A stretch of DNA of 64,000 nt from Alphaproteobacteria bacterium (lineage in GTDB: Bacteria > Pseudomonadota > Alphaproteobacteria > Bin95). The position numbers were made by a program, and so were the translations under genes. The stretch covers positions 864,001 through 928,000 of the forward strand of contig OZ219787.1 in the NCBI GenBank assembly GCA_964291285.2, read 5' to 3'. The notes beneath the pieces were generated by a model, which saw only the letters and a list, made by a program, of their open reading frames with translations, was not told the DNA's origin and searched no databases. Shown in pieces: positions 29,531 to 39,439 of this stretch (positions are counted from its first letter, which is position 1; every line of letters starts with the position of its first letter).

Positions 29531-30670
29531 ATGCCGCTCTCAGGCGTGCGCGTCGTCGAACTCGCGCAGATCATCGCCGGCCCCGTCGTCGGGCAGGTGC
29601 TCGCGGAGCTCGGGGCCGACGTCGTCAAGGTCGAGCGCCCGGAAGGCGACGAATCGCGCCGCTGGACGCCGCCGGTCTGGTTCGGCGCCGCGCCGACCTT
29701 CCACGGCGTCAACCGCTCCAAGCGGTCGGTATCGCTGGACCTCACGCAGGAGGAAGGCCGCGCGCGCCTGCTGAAGCTGGTGCGCGGCGCCGATGTGTTC
29801 GTGCAGAACCTCCGGCCCGGCGTCACGGAAAAGCTCGGCCTCGGCCCGGAGGCGCTGCTCCGCGAGAACCCGCGGCTCGTCTATTGCGACATGGGCGCGT
29901 TCGGCCACAAGGGGCCGAAGCGGCTCGACCCCGGTTTCGAGGTCCTGTTCCAGGCGTTCTCGGGGCTGATGGACAATACGGGCGATCCGGACGGGCAGCC
30001 GATGCGGATGGGGGCGGCGGTCTGCGATATGAGCACCGGCCTCTGGACGGCGCTCGGCGCGCTGGCGGGCCTGCGCCAGCGCGAGCGGACGGGCAGGGGC
30101 GTGGTGGTCAACACCTCGCTGCTCGAAACCGCCATGTTCCTGCTGACCACGCAGTTCGTCTCGCACAAGGCGACCGGAAAGCGGCCCGTGCGCCATCCGA
30201 CCGGCAGCCCGCGCGTCGTCGTGTTCGAGGCGTTCGACGCCGCCGACGGGCGCATCCTGATCACCGCGGCGACCGACCGGCTCTTCAAGCGCCTCGGGCT
30301 GGCGCTCGGCCGCAGCGACTGGGCCGAGAGCGCGGCGTTCGAGGGCAATGCCGCGCGCATGGAGCGGCACGGCGAGATCGTGCGCGACATCCAGGCGGCT
30401 CTGGCGGAAGGACGTGTGCGGGAGTGGATGGAGGTCTTCGAGGCGGCCGGCGTGCCGGCCTCGCCCATCAACAATCTGGCCGAAGCGCTCGAGGAGCCGC
30501 AGATCCGGGCGCTCGACATGGTCGTCGATGTGCCGGCGCGCGAGGGCATGCAGGCGCTGGCGCTGCCGATTTCCTTCGACGGCCGCCGCCCGTCGGTGCG
30601 CGCGCCCGCACCCGGCCTCGGCGCCGACAATGCGCTGCTCGACCTCGACGATCCCTGGGCCGGCGCTTGA
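29531..30670 (+). CDS. CaiB/BaiF family III CoA transferase
   Basis: PLSGVRVVEL, LGADVVKVE, NRSKRSVSLDL, ADVFVQNLRPG. Confidence 0.92.
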   Translation: MPLSGVRVVELAQIIAGPVVGQVLAELGADVVKVERPEGDESRRWTPPVWFGAAPTFHGVNRSKRSVSLDLTQEEGRARLLKLVRGADVFVQNLRPGVTEKLGLGPEALLRENPRLVYCDMGAFGHKGPKRLDPGFEVLFQAFSGLMDNTGDPDGQPMRMGAAVCDMSTGLWTALGALAGLRQRERTGRGVVVNTSLLETAMFLLTTQFVSHKATGKRPVRHPTGSPRVVVFEAFDAADGRILITAATDRLFKRLGLALGRSDWAESAAFEGNAARMERHGEIVRDIQAALAEGRVREWMEVFEAAGVPASPINNLAEALEEPQIRALDMVVDVPAREGMQALALPISFDGRRPSVRAPAPGLGADNALLDLDDPWAGA

Positions 30671-30706
30671 CAGCCGGACGCGCTCTGCCTAGACGGTCCG
30701 CCTTCC

Positions 30707-30781
30707 GGGCGCGTAGCTCAGCGGGAGAGCACTGTCTTCACACGGCAGGGGTCGCTGGTTCAAACCCAGCCGCGCCCACCA
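30707..30781 (+). tRNA. tRNA-Val (anticodon CAC)
   Basis: GGGCGCG/CGCGCCC acceptor stem, TAGCTCAG, CTGTC-TT-CAC-AC-GGCAG anticodon arm, GTTCAAA T loop, 3' CCA; TTGACA at 30667. Confidence 0.95.
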
Positions 30782-30814
30782 TCCATCCTACAGCAGGACA
30801 GGGGCTCGGGACCC

Positions 30815-30970
30815 ATGCGCAAGCGGAAGCTGCCGCGGAAACGGCGCAACCCGATGGCCCGCGCCCTGCGCACGCTGCGCCCGCAGCGGGTCCGGAACCG
30901 CAAGGCCTATACTCGCAAGGGACGCCGCAAGGCGCCCGGTTTCGTTCCGGACCCCTCCGACACGCAATAA
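30815..30970 (+). CDS. Small basic protein (51 aa), ArfA-like
   Basis: MRKRKLPRKRRNPMARALRTLRPQRVRNRKAYTRKGRRK...; below the ORF-track cutoff. Confidence 0.55.
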   Translation: MRKRKLPRKRRNPMARALRTLRPQRVRNRKAYTRKGRRKAPGFVPDPSDTQ

Positions 30971-31039
30971 CCCTGCCTCGGGCGTCCGCATGATTGCGGG
31001 TGTGGCGCGCGGCCGCGCTTTGGGCCAAGCTGGCGCGCC

Positions 31040-32080
31040 ATGGACCTGCACCTCTTCATCGGCAACGAGCATCCTCCCGACGCCCATATGGGCCGGAAGA
31101 TGGCCGAGCATGTCGAGCAGCTCCGCCTCGCCCGCCAGGGCGGCTTCGACGGCGTGGCGATCGGCAACCATCTTTCCTACGGCGACACCGCCTGGTTTCC
31201 GCCGCTGGAGACGCTTCTGCACCTCGCGCCCGAAGCCGGGGACATGCAGATCGCCACCTGCATGCTGATCCTGCCGCTCTACCATCCGTTCCAGGTCGCG
31301 GAGCAGGCGGCGCTGCTGGATGCGGTGTCCGGCGGCAGGTTCACGCTCGGCGTCGCGCCAGGCTGGCAGCGGGACGAATTCGAGCTGATGGGCCTCGATT
31401 TCGGGCGCCGGATCGGCCGCTACCTGGAAGGGGTCGATCTGATCCGCCGGCTGTTCACCGAGGAGGCGGTCGACTTCGCCGGCAGGCATTTCAGCGCGGA
31501 GGACCTGACCCTTGCGCTCAGGCCCGCGCGCCGGCCCCGGCCGCCCATGTGGTTCGGCGGCAGCGTCGATGCGGCGGTGGAGCGGGCCGGCCGGCTGGCC
31601 GACACCCGCCTCGGCGACAGCTGGGTCGCCTCCTCGCATCTGGTGGGCGATGTCGTCAGGCGCCAGGCGGAACGCTTCCTGGAGACGCTGGAAGCGCTCG
31701 GCAAGCCCCGGCCCGCGCGCTTCCCGATGCTGCGCAATATCGTCGTCGCGCCGGACAGGGAGACGGCGGTCCGCGAGGCGGGGCCGTTCCTGGAGGCGAG
31801 CTACCGGGTCTTCGGCCAGTGGGGCCTGTTCCGCACGATCGGCGGCGTCGGCAAGGAAGAGCCGGACCTCGACGAGCTGCTCGCCGGGCGGGTCGTGATG
31901 GGCTCGCCGGAGGAGGTCGCGGACGAACTGCTCTCGCTCATGGAGGCAACCGGCTGCAACCGCATCGTGACGCGCATCCAGTGGCTCGGCATGGACCAGC
32001 GGCTCGTGCTGCGCAGCATCGACTTGCTTGCCGACCGGGTTCTGCCGATGCTCCGCAGGGAAACGCGCGGCGAAGCCTGA
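31040..32080 (+). CDS. LLM-class flavin-dependent oxidoreductase
   Basis: VAEQAALLDAVSGGRFTLGVAPGW, RPPMWFGG. Confidence 0.88.
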   Translation: MDLHLFIGNEHPPDAHMGRKMAEHVEQLRLARQGGFDGVAIGNHLSYGDTAWFPPLETLLHLAPEAGDMQIATCMLILPLYHPFQVAEQAALLDAVSGGRFTLGVAPGWQRDEFELMGLDFGRRIGRYLEGVDLIRRLFTEEAVDFAGRHFSAEDLTLALRPARRPRPPMWFGGSVDAAVERAGRLADTRLGDSWVASSHLVGDVVRRQAERFLETLEALGKPRPARFPMLRNIVVAPDRETAVREAGPFLEASYRVFGQWGLFRTIGGVGKEEPDLDELLAGRVVMGSPEEVADELLSLMEATGCNRIVTRIQWLGMDQRLVLRSIDLLADRVLPMLRRETRGEA

Positions 32081-32093
32081 GGAAGAGGACGCC

Positions 32094-32534
32094 ATGACGG
32101 AGATTCACAGGGGCGGCTGCCATTGCGGCAATATCCGCGTGGCCTACCGCACGGCGAAGCCGGTGGCCGAATGGCCGATCCGGGCCTGCCAGTGCAGCTT
32201 CTGCCGCAAGCACGGCATGCGCGCCACCGGCGACCCCGACGGGCTGCTGGAGATCGCGATTGCCGACGAGGCGAAGGTGGACCGTTACCGCTTCGGTCTC
32301 GGCATCACCGACTTTCTCATCTGCCGGGCCTGCGGCGTCTATGTCTCGGCGCTGGTGGAGGAGCCGGACGGCCTGCTGGCGACCCTGATCGTGAACACGC
32401 TCGACCTGCCGCAGGACGGCTTCCCCGCCCCGGCCCCGGCGCACTATGACGACGAGACCGAGCAACAGCGCCTCGCAAGGCGCCGCCTGCGCTGGACGCC
32501 GGCCGCCATGGTGCCGCCGACGGCGCCGACGTAA
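32094..32534 (+). CDS. GFA (Mss4-like, Zn-binding) family protein
   Basis: HRGGCHCG, CQCSFCRKHG, CRACG. Confidence 0.88.
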   Translation: MTEIHRGGCHCGNIRVAYRTAKPVAEWPIRACQCSFCRKHGMRATGDPDGLLEIAIADEAKVDRYRFGLGITDFLICRACGVYVSALVEEPDGLLATLIVNTLDLPQDGFPAPAPAHYDDETEQQRLARRRLRWTPAAMVPPTAPT

Positions 32535-32599
32535 AGAAGGATGTCGCCGGAAGCGCTTGCCTGACGACACAATCATCCGATTTCCGGGAGAGTTCCCCC

Positions 32600-33574
32600 A
32601 TGCCGCTCGACAACCCCGTCATCGTGGACGGCCTGATCGTCTCCGACTGGAGCCGCGAGGTCTTCGAGGAGATGCGCGACGGCGGGCTGACCGCCGCCAA
32701 CTGCACCTGCGCCGTCTGGCACAATTTCCGCGAGACGATGGACAATATCGCCGCCTGGCAGGGCTTTTTCCGCGACCATGCCGACATTCTGGTCCAGGCG
32801 CGCTCGGTGGCCGACATCCGCGCGGCGAAGGAGGCGGGCAGGGTCGCGGTCTTCCTCGGCTGGCAGAACAGCTATCCCATCGAGGACCGGGTGGACTATC
32901 TGCCGCTCTTCCACGACCTCGGCGTGCGCGTGATCCAGCTCACCTACAACACGCAGAACTTCGTCGGTTCCGGCTGCTGGGAGAGCCGGGACAGCGGCCT
33001 CTCGGATTTCGGGCGCGACGTGATCGACGAGATGAACCGCCTCGGCATCCTGGTCGATCTCAGCCATGTCGGCGACGGGACGAGCCGGGACGCCATCCTG
33101 CATTCGAAGCAGCCCGTGGCCTACACGCACTGCGCCCCCAACGCGCTCTACGACCACCCGCGCAACAAGCCGGACGAGATGCTGAAGCTGATCTCCGACC
33201 GGGGCGGCTTCACCGGCGTGGTCGCCTACACGCCCTTCATGGCCCAGCAGGGCGAGGCCACGGTGGACGACGTGGTGGCGCTGCTCGACCACACCATCTC
33301 CGTGGCGGGCGAGGAGAATGTCGGCATCGGTACCGACTTCACCCAGGGCCACGGCGTCGGCTTCTTCGAATATCTGCGCTCCGACAAGGGCCGCGGCCGC
33401 GCGCTCTCCGCGCCGATGGCGGACCGCCCGCCCAACCCGAAGGGCCTCGACGGCATGCGCGACTACCCGAACCTCATCGCCGCCATGGACCGTGCCGGCT
33501 GGACCGATGCGCGCATCGAGAAGGTCGCCGGCGAAAACTGGCTGCGGTTTCTCGGGGAAGTGTGGCGGGGGTAG
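32600..33574 (+). CDS. Membrane dipeptidase (M19) family
   Basis: QLTYN, MNRLGILVDLSH, HPRNKPD, GIGTDF, GENWLR. Confidence 0.9.
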   Translation: MPLDNPVIVDGLIVSDWSREVFEEMRDGGLTAANCTCAVWHNFRETMDNIAAWQGFFRDHADILVQARSVADIRAAKEAGRVAVFLGWQNSYPIEDRVDYLPLFHDLGVRVIQLTYNTQNFVGSGCWESRDSGLSDFGRDVIDEMNRLGILVDLSHVGDGTSRDAILHSKQPVAYTHCAPNALYDHPRNKPDEMLKLISDRGGFTGVVAYTPFMAQQGEATVDDVVALLDHTISVAGEENVGIGTDFTQGHGVGFFEYLRSDKGRGRALSAPMADRPPNPKGLDGMRDYPNLIAAMDRAGWTDARIEKVAGENWLRFLGEVWRG

Positions 33575-33667
33575 GGCGTTCGCGACGAGACGCCGCCGCG
33601 GCGGCCGGCCCGATTCCGCCATCCATCCCTGCGCCCGGCCCGTAGCGCCCGGACGGTTTCGGACGGG

Positions 33668-34390
33668 CTATATGCCTACCCCCAATTGCCGCGCCATGTC
33701 GGGGAAGCTGTCCGCGACGATGTCGTGGGCCGGGTTCGGGTCCCGGTCGGGCGGACCTTCGGGGCCCCACTCGTCGGGCCGCTTCACGAACGCGGTCCTG
33801 AAGCCGCAGCCCTTCGCGGCATCGAGGTCGAAATTGTGGCAGGCCACCATGCATATTTCGCCCGGTTGCAGTTGCAGGAACTTTGCGACGGCGTTGTAGG
33901 CTTCCGGCAGAATCTTGTACTTGCCGATCGCCTCGCATGAGAAGACGGCGTCCCAGTCAAGCCCGTTGCGCCTGGCCGTATCCATGATGATCCGGAAGCT
34001 GAGGATCGTGAACGACGCGCACAGGAACTTCTCGCGGAGCTTCGGCAGGGTGGCCGGAAAATCGGGCCAGCACTGCAGATTGTGCACCGTGTCGTAACAG
34101 ATCGCGCGGCGCTCGTCCCCGGTGAAGGCGTCCAGCCCGTGCTCCTCGACAAGGCTCTCCAGCGCCATCCGGTGGGCGTCGTCGATATTGTAGGCCGGCG
34201 GTTCCCTTTCGCCCAGATTGATCATCTTCCCCAGCGAGCGGCGCCGGAACTCGTTGGTAATATGAACCCAGTCCTTCTCGATCCCGTGCCTGGCGCCGGT
34301 CTGCGCCAATGCGCCCTTGATGCCGGAATGCCAGTCGAGAATGGTCCCGCCCGTGTCGAAAGTCAGAGCCTTAACATTTGCCAAGCCCAT
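33668..34390 (-). CDS. Haloacid dehalogenase type II (HAD)
   Basis: ALTFDTGGTILDW, MVACHNFDLDAA, FVKRPDEWG. Confidence 0.88.
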   Translation of the reverse strand: MGLANVKALTFDTGGTILDWHSGIKGALAQTGARHGIEKDWVHITNEFRRRSLGKMINLGEREPPAYNIDDAHRMALESLVEEHGLDAFTGDERRAICYDTVHNLQCWPDFPATLPKLREKFLCASFTILSFRIIMDTARRNGLDWDAVFSCEAIGKYKILPEAYNAVAKFLQLQPGEICMVACHNFDLDAAKGCGFRTAFVKRPDEWGPEGPPDRDPNPAHDIVADSFPDMARQLGVGI

Positions 34391-34479
34391 CGCGGCCTCC
34401 CCCGAATTTTCGCCGGCAACAATTTCATGCGCTGCCGCCGACCGCAATCGACGGCTTCGCGAGCGGGCCTGTTCCCGTT

Positions 34480-35667
34480 TCACGTCACCCGCGCGCGGGT
34501 ACGGTATTTCGGGTCGCGCCAGAGTTCCTGCGCGATCACGGTTTCGAGGGTTTCGGCGGCTGCGAGCACGTCCGCCTCGTCGATATAGAGGGGCGTGAAG
34601 CCGAAGCGCATGATGTCGGGCGCACGGAAGTCCCCGATCACGCCCCGGTCGATCAGCGCCTGCATGGCGGGATAGCCCTGCTGGAAGGCGAAGGAAACCT
34701 GCGAGCCGCGTTCGGCCGGGTTGCGCGGCGAGGCAAGCGCGAGGCCGGGGCAGCGGGCCTCGACCTCGGCGATGAACAGCTCCGAGAGCGCAATCGAGGC
34801 CGCGCGGATGTCCGCCATGTCGACGCCCTCCCACACGTCCAGCGCCCGGTCGAGGATGGCGAGCTGCACGATGGGCGGCGTGCCGACCCGGAGCCGCTCG
34901 GTTGACATGGCGGGGCGGTAGCTGAGCTCCATGGCGAAGGGCGCATCGTGGCCCAGCCAGCCGGCGAGCGCCGGCTCCACCGCCTCGACGACATCCGGGC
35001 GGACATAGATGAAGGCCGGGGCGCCGGGCCCGCCGTTCAGGTATTTGTAGGTGCAGCCGACGGCGAATTCGGCCCGGCACCCGGCCATGTCGATAGGCAC
35101 CGCGCCGGCGCTGTGGGCGAGGTCCCAGATCATCACCGCGCCCGCGGCGTGGGCAGCCCGTGTGACCGCCTCCATGTCGTGCATGCGGCCGGTGCGGTAA
35201 TCGACCTGCGTCAGCATCACCGCCGCCACACCCTTGTCGATCCGGTCGAGGACGTCTTCCGGCGCCGGCGTGCGCAGCTCGTAATCCTTGCCGATGGTGC
35301 GGATCAGCCCTTCGGCCATGTAGAGGTCGGAGGGGAAATTGCCCGAGTCGGAGAGGACCGCGCGCCGTCCGGGGCGCATCCTGAGCGCGGCCGCAAGCGC
35401 CTGATAGACCTTGATCGAAAGCGTGTCCCCGGTCGCAACAGAGCCTTGCGGCGCGCCGATCAGCGGGGCGATCCGGTCGCCCACATGTTGGGGAAGTGCC
35501 ATCCAGCCGGCCGTGTTCCAGGCGCGGATGAGGTCCCTGGCCCATTCCTCGCCGATCACGGTCCGCGCCCTCTCAAGCGCGCCCCTGGGCAGCGGTCCCA
35601 GCGAATTGCCGTCGAGATAGATCACCCCGTCGGGCAGGTCGAAAAGCTCTTTCCTCGGCAGGTTCAT
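34480..35667 (-). CDS. kynU: Kynureninase
   Basis: YLDGNSLG, NFPSDLY, WDLAHSAG, GCTYKYLNGGPG, RFGFTPLY. Confidence 0.96.
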   Translation of the reverse strand: MNLPRKELFDLPDGVIYLDGNSLGPLPRGALERARTVIGEEWARDLIRAWNTAGWMALPQHVGDRIAPLIGAPQGSVATGDTLSIKVYQALAAALRMRPGRRAVLSDSGNFPSDLYMAEGLIRTIGKDYELRTPAPEDVLDRIDKGVAAVMLTQVDYRTGRMHDMEAVTRAAHAAGAVMIWDLAHSAGAVPIDMAGCRAEFAVGCTYKYLNGGPGAPAFIYVRPDVVEAVEPALAGWLGHDAPFAMELSYRPAMSTERLRVGTPPIVQLAILDRALDVWEGVDMADIRAASIALSELFIAEVEARCPGLALASPRNPAERGSQVSFAFQQGYPAMQALIDRGVIGDFRAPDIMRFGFTPLYIDEADVLAAAETLETVIAQELWRDPKYRTRARVT

Positions 35668-35869
35668 GGCTCAGAGGTCTCCGCGGGCAGGCGGTCCGGC
35701 TTCGGACAGCCGCTGCAGGACATCGCATCGGCGGGAGCCGCCTGCGCGCCGTCAGAGGCCGGATCGTAAGCCTGCTCGCTCATGGAATGTCCTCCGGCCT
35801 GCACCGTGGGCCCTGTTGTATCCCGAACCGGCGGGCGTGTCGTTGCGGCCTGCAGGCTTGAGCCATGTC

Positions 35870-36375
35870 CCGAAACTTTATGTTCATGAAATCAGAAAAA
35901 TTTCTCAGTTTCGGTGCCATTTCGGAAAAACTGTGTTAGTATGGGACCTGTGACAGGAAAGCGGCCTTCGCGCGGGGCCGCCTTGTCCTCCGCGCCGGCG
36001 CCGGCGCGAAAAAAGCCCCTGATTCGGCCAACGGGTGAAGTGCGCCCTGCGTCCGGCTCGCGCATGCGGGCGCAGGCGCAATCAGGCGCGCGAACCGCGC
36101 CGACGCCGACACGCGCCCGCGCCGGCACAGGCGCGCGCAGGTTACGCGCGAATCAGGGTCCCGGCGCTGGCGGGCCGGCGGCGGGAGAACGGAACGAAGA
36201 GGGCTCGAAAGGAGAGACCCATGCCGAAGACTCAAGGCCGGGGAAACGGAACGGAATACCGGGAGCCCCGGCCCGAAACGACAACTCCATGCCGGAAACG
36301 ATCACAGGATATGCGCCGCACACATGCAAATCATGACACCGCATGACGGAACATGACAAAACATGACATTCCATT
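35870..36375 (+). repeat. Dispersed long intergenic repeat, copy B
   Basis: AT-rich leader; core at 36078-36119; CATGAC decamers at 36332-36374. Confidence 0.7.
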
Positions 36376-36543
36376 GGAGTGGGCCCGTTGGGCCGGACAG
36401 TCGGGCCGAGGAGCTTTGGCAGGTGTGCGGGTGCGAGAAGGATGGGGCTTCCCGTGGACGGGCGCATGATTGACGGCGGAGCCGGTCGCCATATGCTCGA
36501 TCCGGGCCGGTCTCCGGGTCGGCATGAAGAAGGGGAGCAGGCA

Positions 36544-37680
36544 ATGAAATCGGGCCGGGTGGCGTTCGGGCGGATGGAGGCGGTGAGCTTCGGCGTGCCG
36601 CTGGAGCAGGCGGTGGCCGAGGAGGCGGAGCGGCTGGGCGCGGAGCGCATCTTCCTCATGGTGAGCGGCACGCTGAACCGCGAGACCGGCGAGATCGAGA
36701 AGCTGCGCCACGCACTCGGCAACAAGGTTGCGGGCCAGTTCGACCGCATGGCGCCGCACACGCCGCGCGGTGACGTGATGGCGGCGGCGGAGGCCGCCCG
36801 CGCCGTCGATGCCGACCTCATCGTCACCTTTGGCGGCGGCTCGCTGACCGACGGCGCGAAGGCGGTGCGCATGTGCCTCGCCAACGACATCCGCACCCCG
36901 GAGGAGATGGATGCGCTGCGCGACCCGGCGGCCGGGCCCGCGATTCCGCAGGTCTCGATTCCGACCACGCTTTCGGCCGGCGAGTTCAGCGCCATCGCGG
37001 GCGTGACTGACGAGCGCGTGAAGCTGAAGGAGTTGTTCCGCCATCCGGACGCGATCCCGAACGCGGTCATCCTCGACCCGGCGCCGACCGTGCATACGCC
37101 GGAATGGCTGTTCCTCTCCACCGGCGTGCGCGCGGTGGACCATTGCGTCGAGGGCGTGTGCTCCGGCGAGGCGCATGCCTATGGCGACGCGCAGGCGCTC
37201 AGGGGGCTGACGCTGCTGACGCAGGGGCTCGCGCGGGTGAAGGCGGACCCGGCCGACATCGAGGCGCGCCTCGATTGCCAGGTGGGCTCGTGGCTGTCGA
37301 TGGCCCCGCTCGCGGCGGGCGTGCCGATGGGCGCCAGCCACGGCATCGGCTATGTGCTGGGCGCGGTGTTCGACACGCCGCACGGCCACACCTCCTGCAT
37401 CATGCTGCCTTTCGTGATGCGCTGGAACCGGCCGGCCAATGCCGAACGCCAGAAGCTGGTGGCCGCGGCGATGGGCGAGCCGAAGGCGGATGCGGGCGAC
37501 CTGCTGGACCGCTTCATCGCCGGCCTCGGCATGCCGCGCAGCCTGTCGGCCGCCGGCGTCGGGCGGGAGCATTTCCAGAGGATCGCGGAGCAGGCGATGG
37601 GCACCCCCTGGGTGCCGCGCAACCCGCGCCCCATAGACGGCCCGGCGGAGGTCATGGAAATCCTGGAACTGGCGGCCTGA
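36544..37680 (+). CDS. Iron-containing alcohol dehydrogenase / maleylacetate reductase-like
   Basis: FGGGSLTDGAK, IPTTLSAGE, DHCVE, HGIG, HG. Confidence 0.88.
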   Translation: MKSGRVAFGRMEAVSFGVPLEQAVAEEAERLGAERIFLMVSGTLNRETGEIEKLRHALGNKVAGQFDRMAPHTPRGDVMAAAEAARAVDADLIVTFGGGSLTDGAKAVRMCLANDIRTPEEMDALRDPAAGPAIPQVSIPTTLSAGEFSAIAGVTDERVKLKELFRHPDAIPNAVILDPAPTVHTPEWLFLSTGVRAVDHCVEGVCSGEAHAYGDAQALRGLTLLTQGLARVKADPADIEARLDCQVGSWLSMAPLAAGVPMGASHGIGYVLGAVFDTPHGHTSCIMLPFVMRWNRPANAERQKLVAAAMGEPKADAGDLLDRFIAGLGMPRSLSAAGVGREHFQRIAEQAMGTPWVPRNPRPIDGPAEVMEILELAA

Positions 37681-37723
37681 CGCCGCCGCTCCGGCCGGCA
37701 GCAGCAAGAGGAGACGCGCACCC

Positions 37724-38566
37724 ATGGCGATCATCGACGCGCAGGTGCATGCCTATGAACGCGACCATCCCGGCCGGCCCTGGGCCGGAACGCTCGCGGG
37801 GCCGGCGGAGGTCACCGGCTCCGACATGGTCGCCGCCATGGACGCGGTCGGCGTGGACGGGGCGGTGCTCGTCTCGCCCTACACCATGTACCGTTATGAC
37901 GAGAGCTACGCGCTCCAGGTCCATGCCGAGCATCCGGGCCGCTTCTGCCTCGTCAAACCGGTCGATCCGGAAGACCCTGCTGTCGCCGAGACGGTCGCCG
38001 ACTGGGCGAAGGTGGAAGGCGCGGTCGCGGCCAGGATCATGATGGCCTACGGGGTTTCGAGGGACCCGGACCATGCGGGCGTCTCGCGCGTGCTGCGCGC
38101 CGCCGCCGGCGCCGGGCTGCCGGTCAACCTGCTCTGCTGGGGTCTGCTGGACCAGGCGCTGGCGCTCGCCAGGGCGCATTCGGACACGCGGCTCGTCATC
38201 GACCATCTCGGCCTGAAACAGCCTTTCGACCCGCCCGCGCCGCCTGAGCCCTTCTCCGACCTGCCGGCCCTGCTGGCGCTGGCGGCGTGCGAGAATGTCA
38301 CCGTCAAGATCACGGGCGCCTGCACGCTCAGCCACGCGCCTTACCCCTTCGACGATATCTGGGACCCGCTCTCGCGCATCTTCGAGGCGTTCGGCATAGA
38401 CCGCTGCCTCTGGGGCACGGACTGGACCCGGGCCGTCAACCTCATCACCTACGAGGAGGGCGTCGAGCCCTTCCGGCGGACGGACAGGCTGACGGAAAGC
38501 GAGCGCGCGGAACTGATGGGCGGGACCCTTGAGCGGGTCTATGGCTGGTCGCCCGGCGCCGCCTGA
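37724..38566 (+). CDS. Amidohydrolase_2 family protein
   Basis: IIDAQVH, VIDHLG, WGTDWTR. Confidence 0.87.
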   Translation: MAIIDAQVHAYERDHPGRPWAGTLAGPAEVTGSDMVAAMDAVGVDGAVLVSPYTMYRYDESYALQVHAEHPGRFCLVKPVDPEDPAVAETVADWAKVEGAVAARIMMAYGVSRDPDHAGVSRVLRAAAGAGLPVNLLCWGLLDQALALARAHSDTRLVIDHLGLKQPFDPPAPPEPFSDLPALLALAACENVTVKITGACTLSHAPYPFDDIWDPLSRIFEAFGIDRCLWGTDWTRAVNLITYEEGVEPFRRTDRLTESERAELMGGTLERVYGWSPGAA

Positions 38567-38569
38567 CGG

Positions 38570-39415
38570 TCAGACGGGGACGCCGCCCTTGATCGTGGTG
38601 CGCCACAGGAGCCGGCGCTGCGGCAGGTCGTAGTCCTGGACGGCGCGGTGCTGCACCGTGCAGTTGTCCCAGACCACGACATCGCCCACCTGCCAGCGGT
38701 GCTGGTAGATGAACTCCGTGCGCACGATATGGTCGGCCAGCGCCTCGATCAGGCCCCGCGAGGTCTCCTCGTCCCTGCCGACGATCCCGGTGCAGTCGTC
38801 GCGCACGATATAGAGGCTCTTGCGCCCGGTGCGCGGATGGGTGCGCACGATGGGGTGCTCGACCGGCGGATACTGGGCGATGTCCTCGGCGCTCACGGGC
38901 GAGGACCGCTTGCGCCCGCGGAAGTCGAAAACGCCCCGCATGTCCTCGATTTCCTCCTGCATCGCCGGGGGCAGGGCGTCCCAGGCGGCCGCGGCATTGG
39001 CGAAGCAGGTGTCGCCCAGTGTGAGCCCGTGCAGGACCGGCACCTCGACCGCATAGAGCATGGTGGCGCCCGCCGGGCGCTCGGCATAGCTCATGTCGGT
39101 GTGCCAGGTCTCGCCCGCGCGCCTCGTGCCGATGGGCGCGCCATACTCGACGATGTTGGAGATGAGGTAGATCTCGGGGCTGCCGTCGATGCCGAAGCGG
39201 GCCGCGTTGAAATTGAATTCCGGCTCGCCGAACCGGCGCGTGAAGGCGACCTGCTTCTCGGGCGTCAGCGTCTGGCTGCGCAGCACGATCACGCCGTGCC
39301 TGTCGAGCGCTTCGCGGACGATCGCGAATTCGCCGTCGTTCAGCCCCGCACCGATATCGGCTCCGAGGATTTCCGCGCCCGTGGCCGGCGAAGCGGGCCT
39401 CACCTCTATGCCCAT
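38570..39415 (-). CDS. TauD/TfdA dioxygenase
   Basis: WHTD, HPIVRTHP, WDNCTVQHRA. Confidence 0.92.
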   Translation of the reverse strand: MGIEVRPASPATGAEILGADIGAGLNDGEFAIVREALDRHGVIVLRSQTLTPEKQVAFTRRFGEPEFNFNAARFGIDGSPEIYLISNIVEYGAPIGTRRAGETWHTDMSYAERPAGATMLYAVEVPVLHGLTLGDTCFANAAAAWDALPPAMQEEIEDMRGVFDFRGRKRSSPVSAEDIAQYPPVEHPIVRTHPRTGRKSLYIVRDDCTGIVGRDEETSRGLIEALADHIVRTEFIYQHRWQVGDVVVWDNCTVQHRAVQDYDLPQRRLLWRTTIKGGVPV

Positions 39416-39439
39416 GACTGCTGTCTCCCGGTTCCTTGT

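Noticed and set aside
30707-30781. tRNA-Val as an integration site
   Set aside because: No duplicated tRNA 3' end or integrase was seen in the window.
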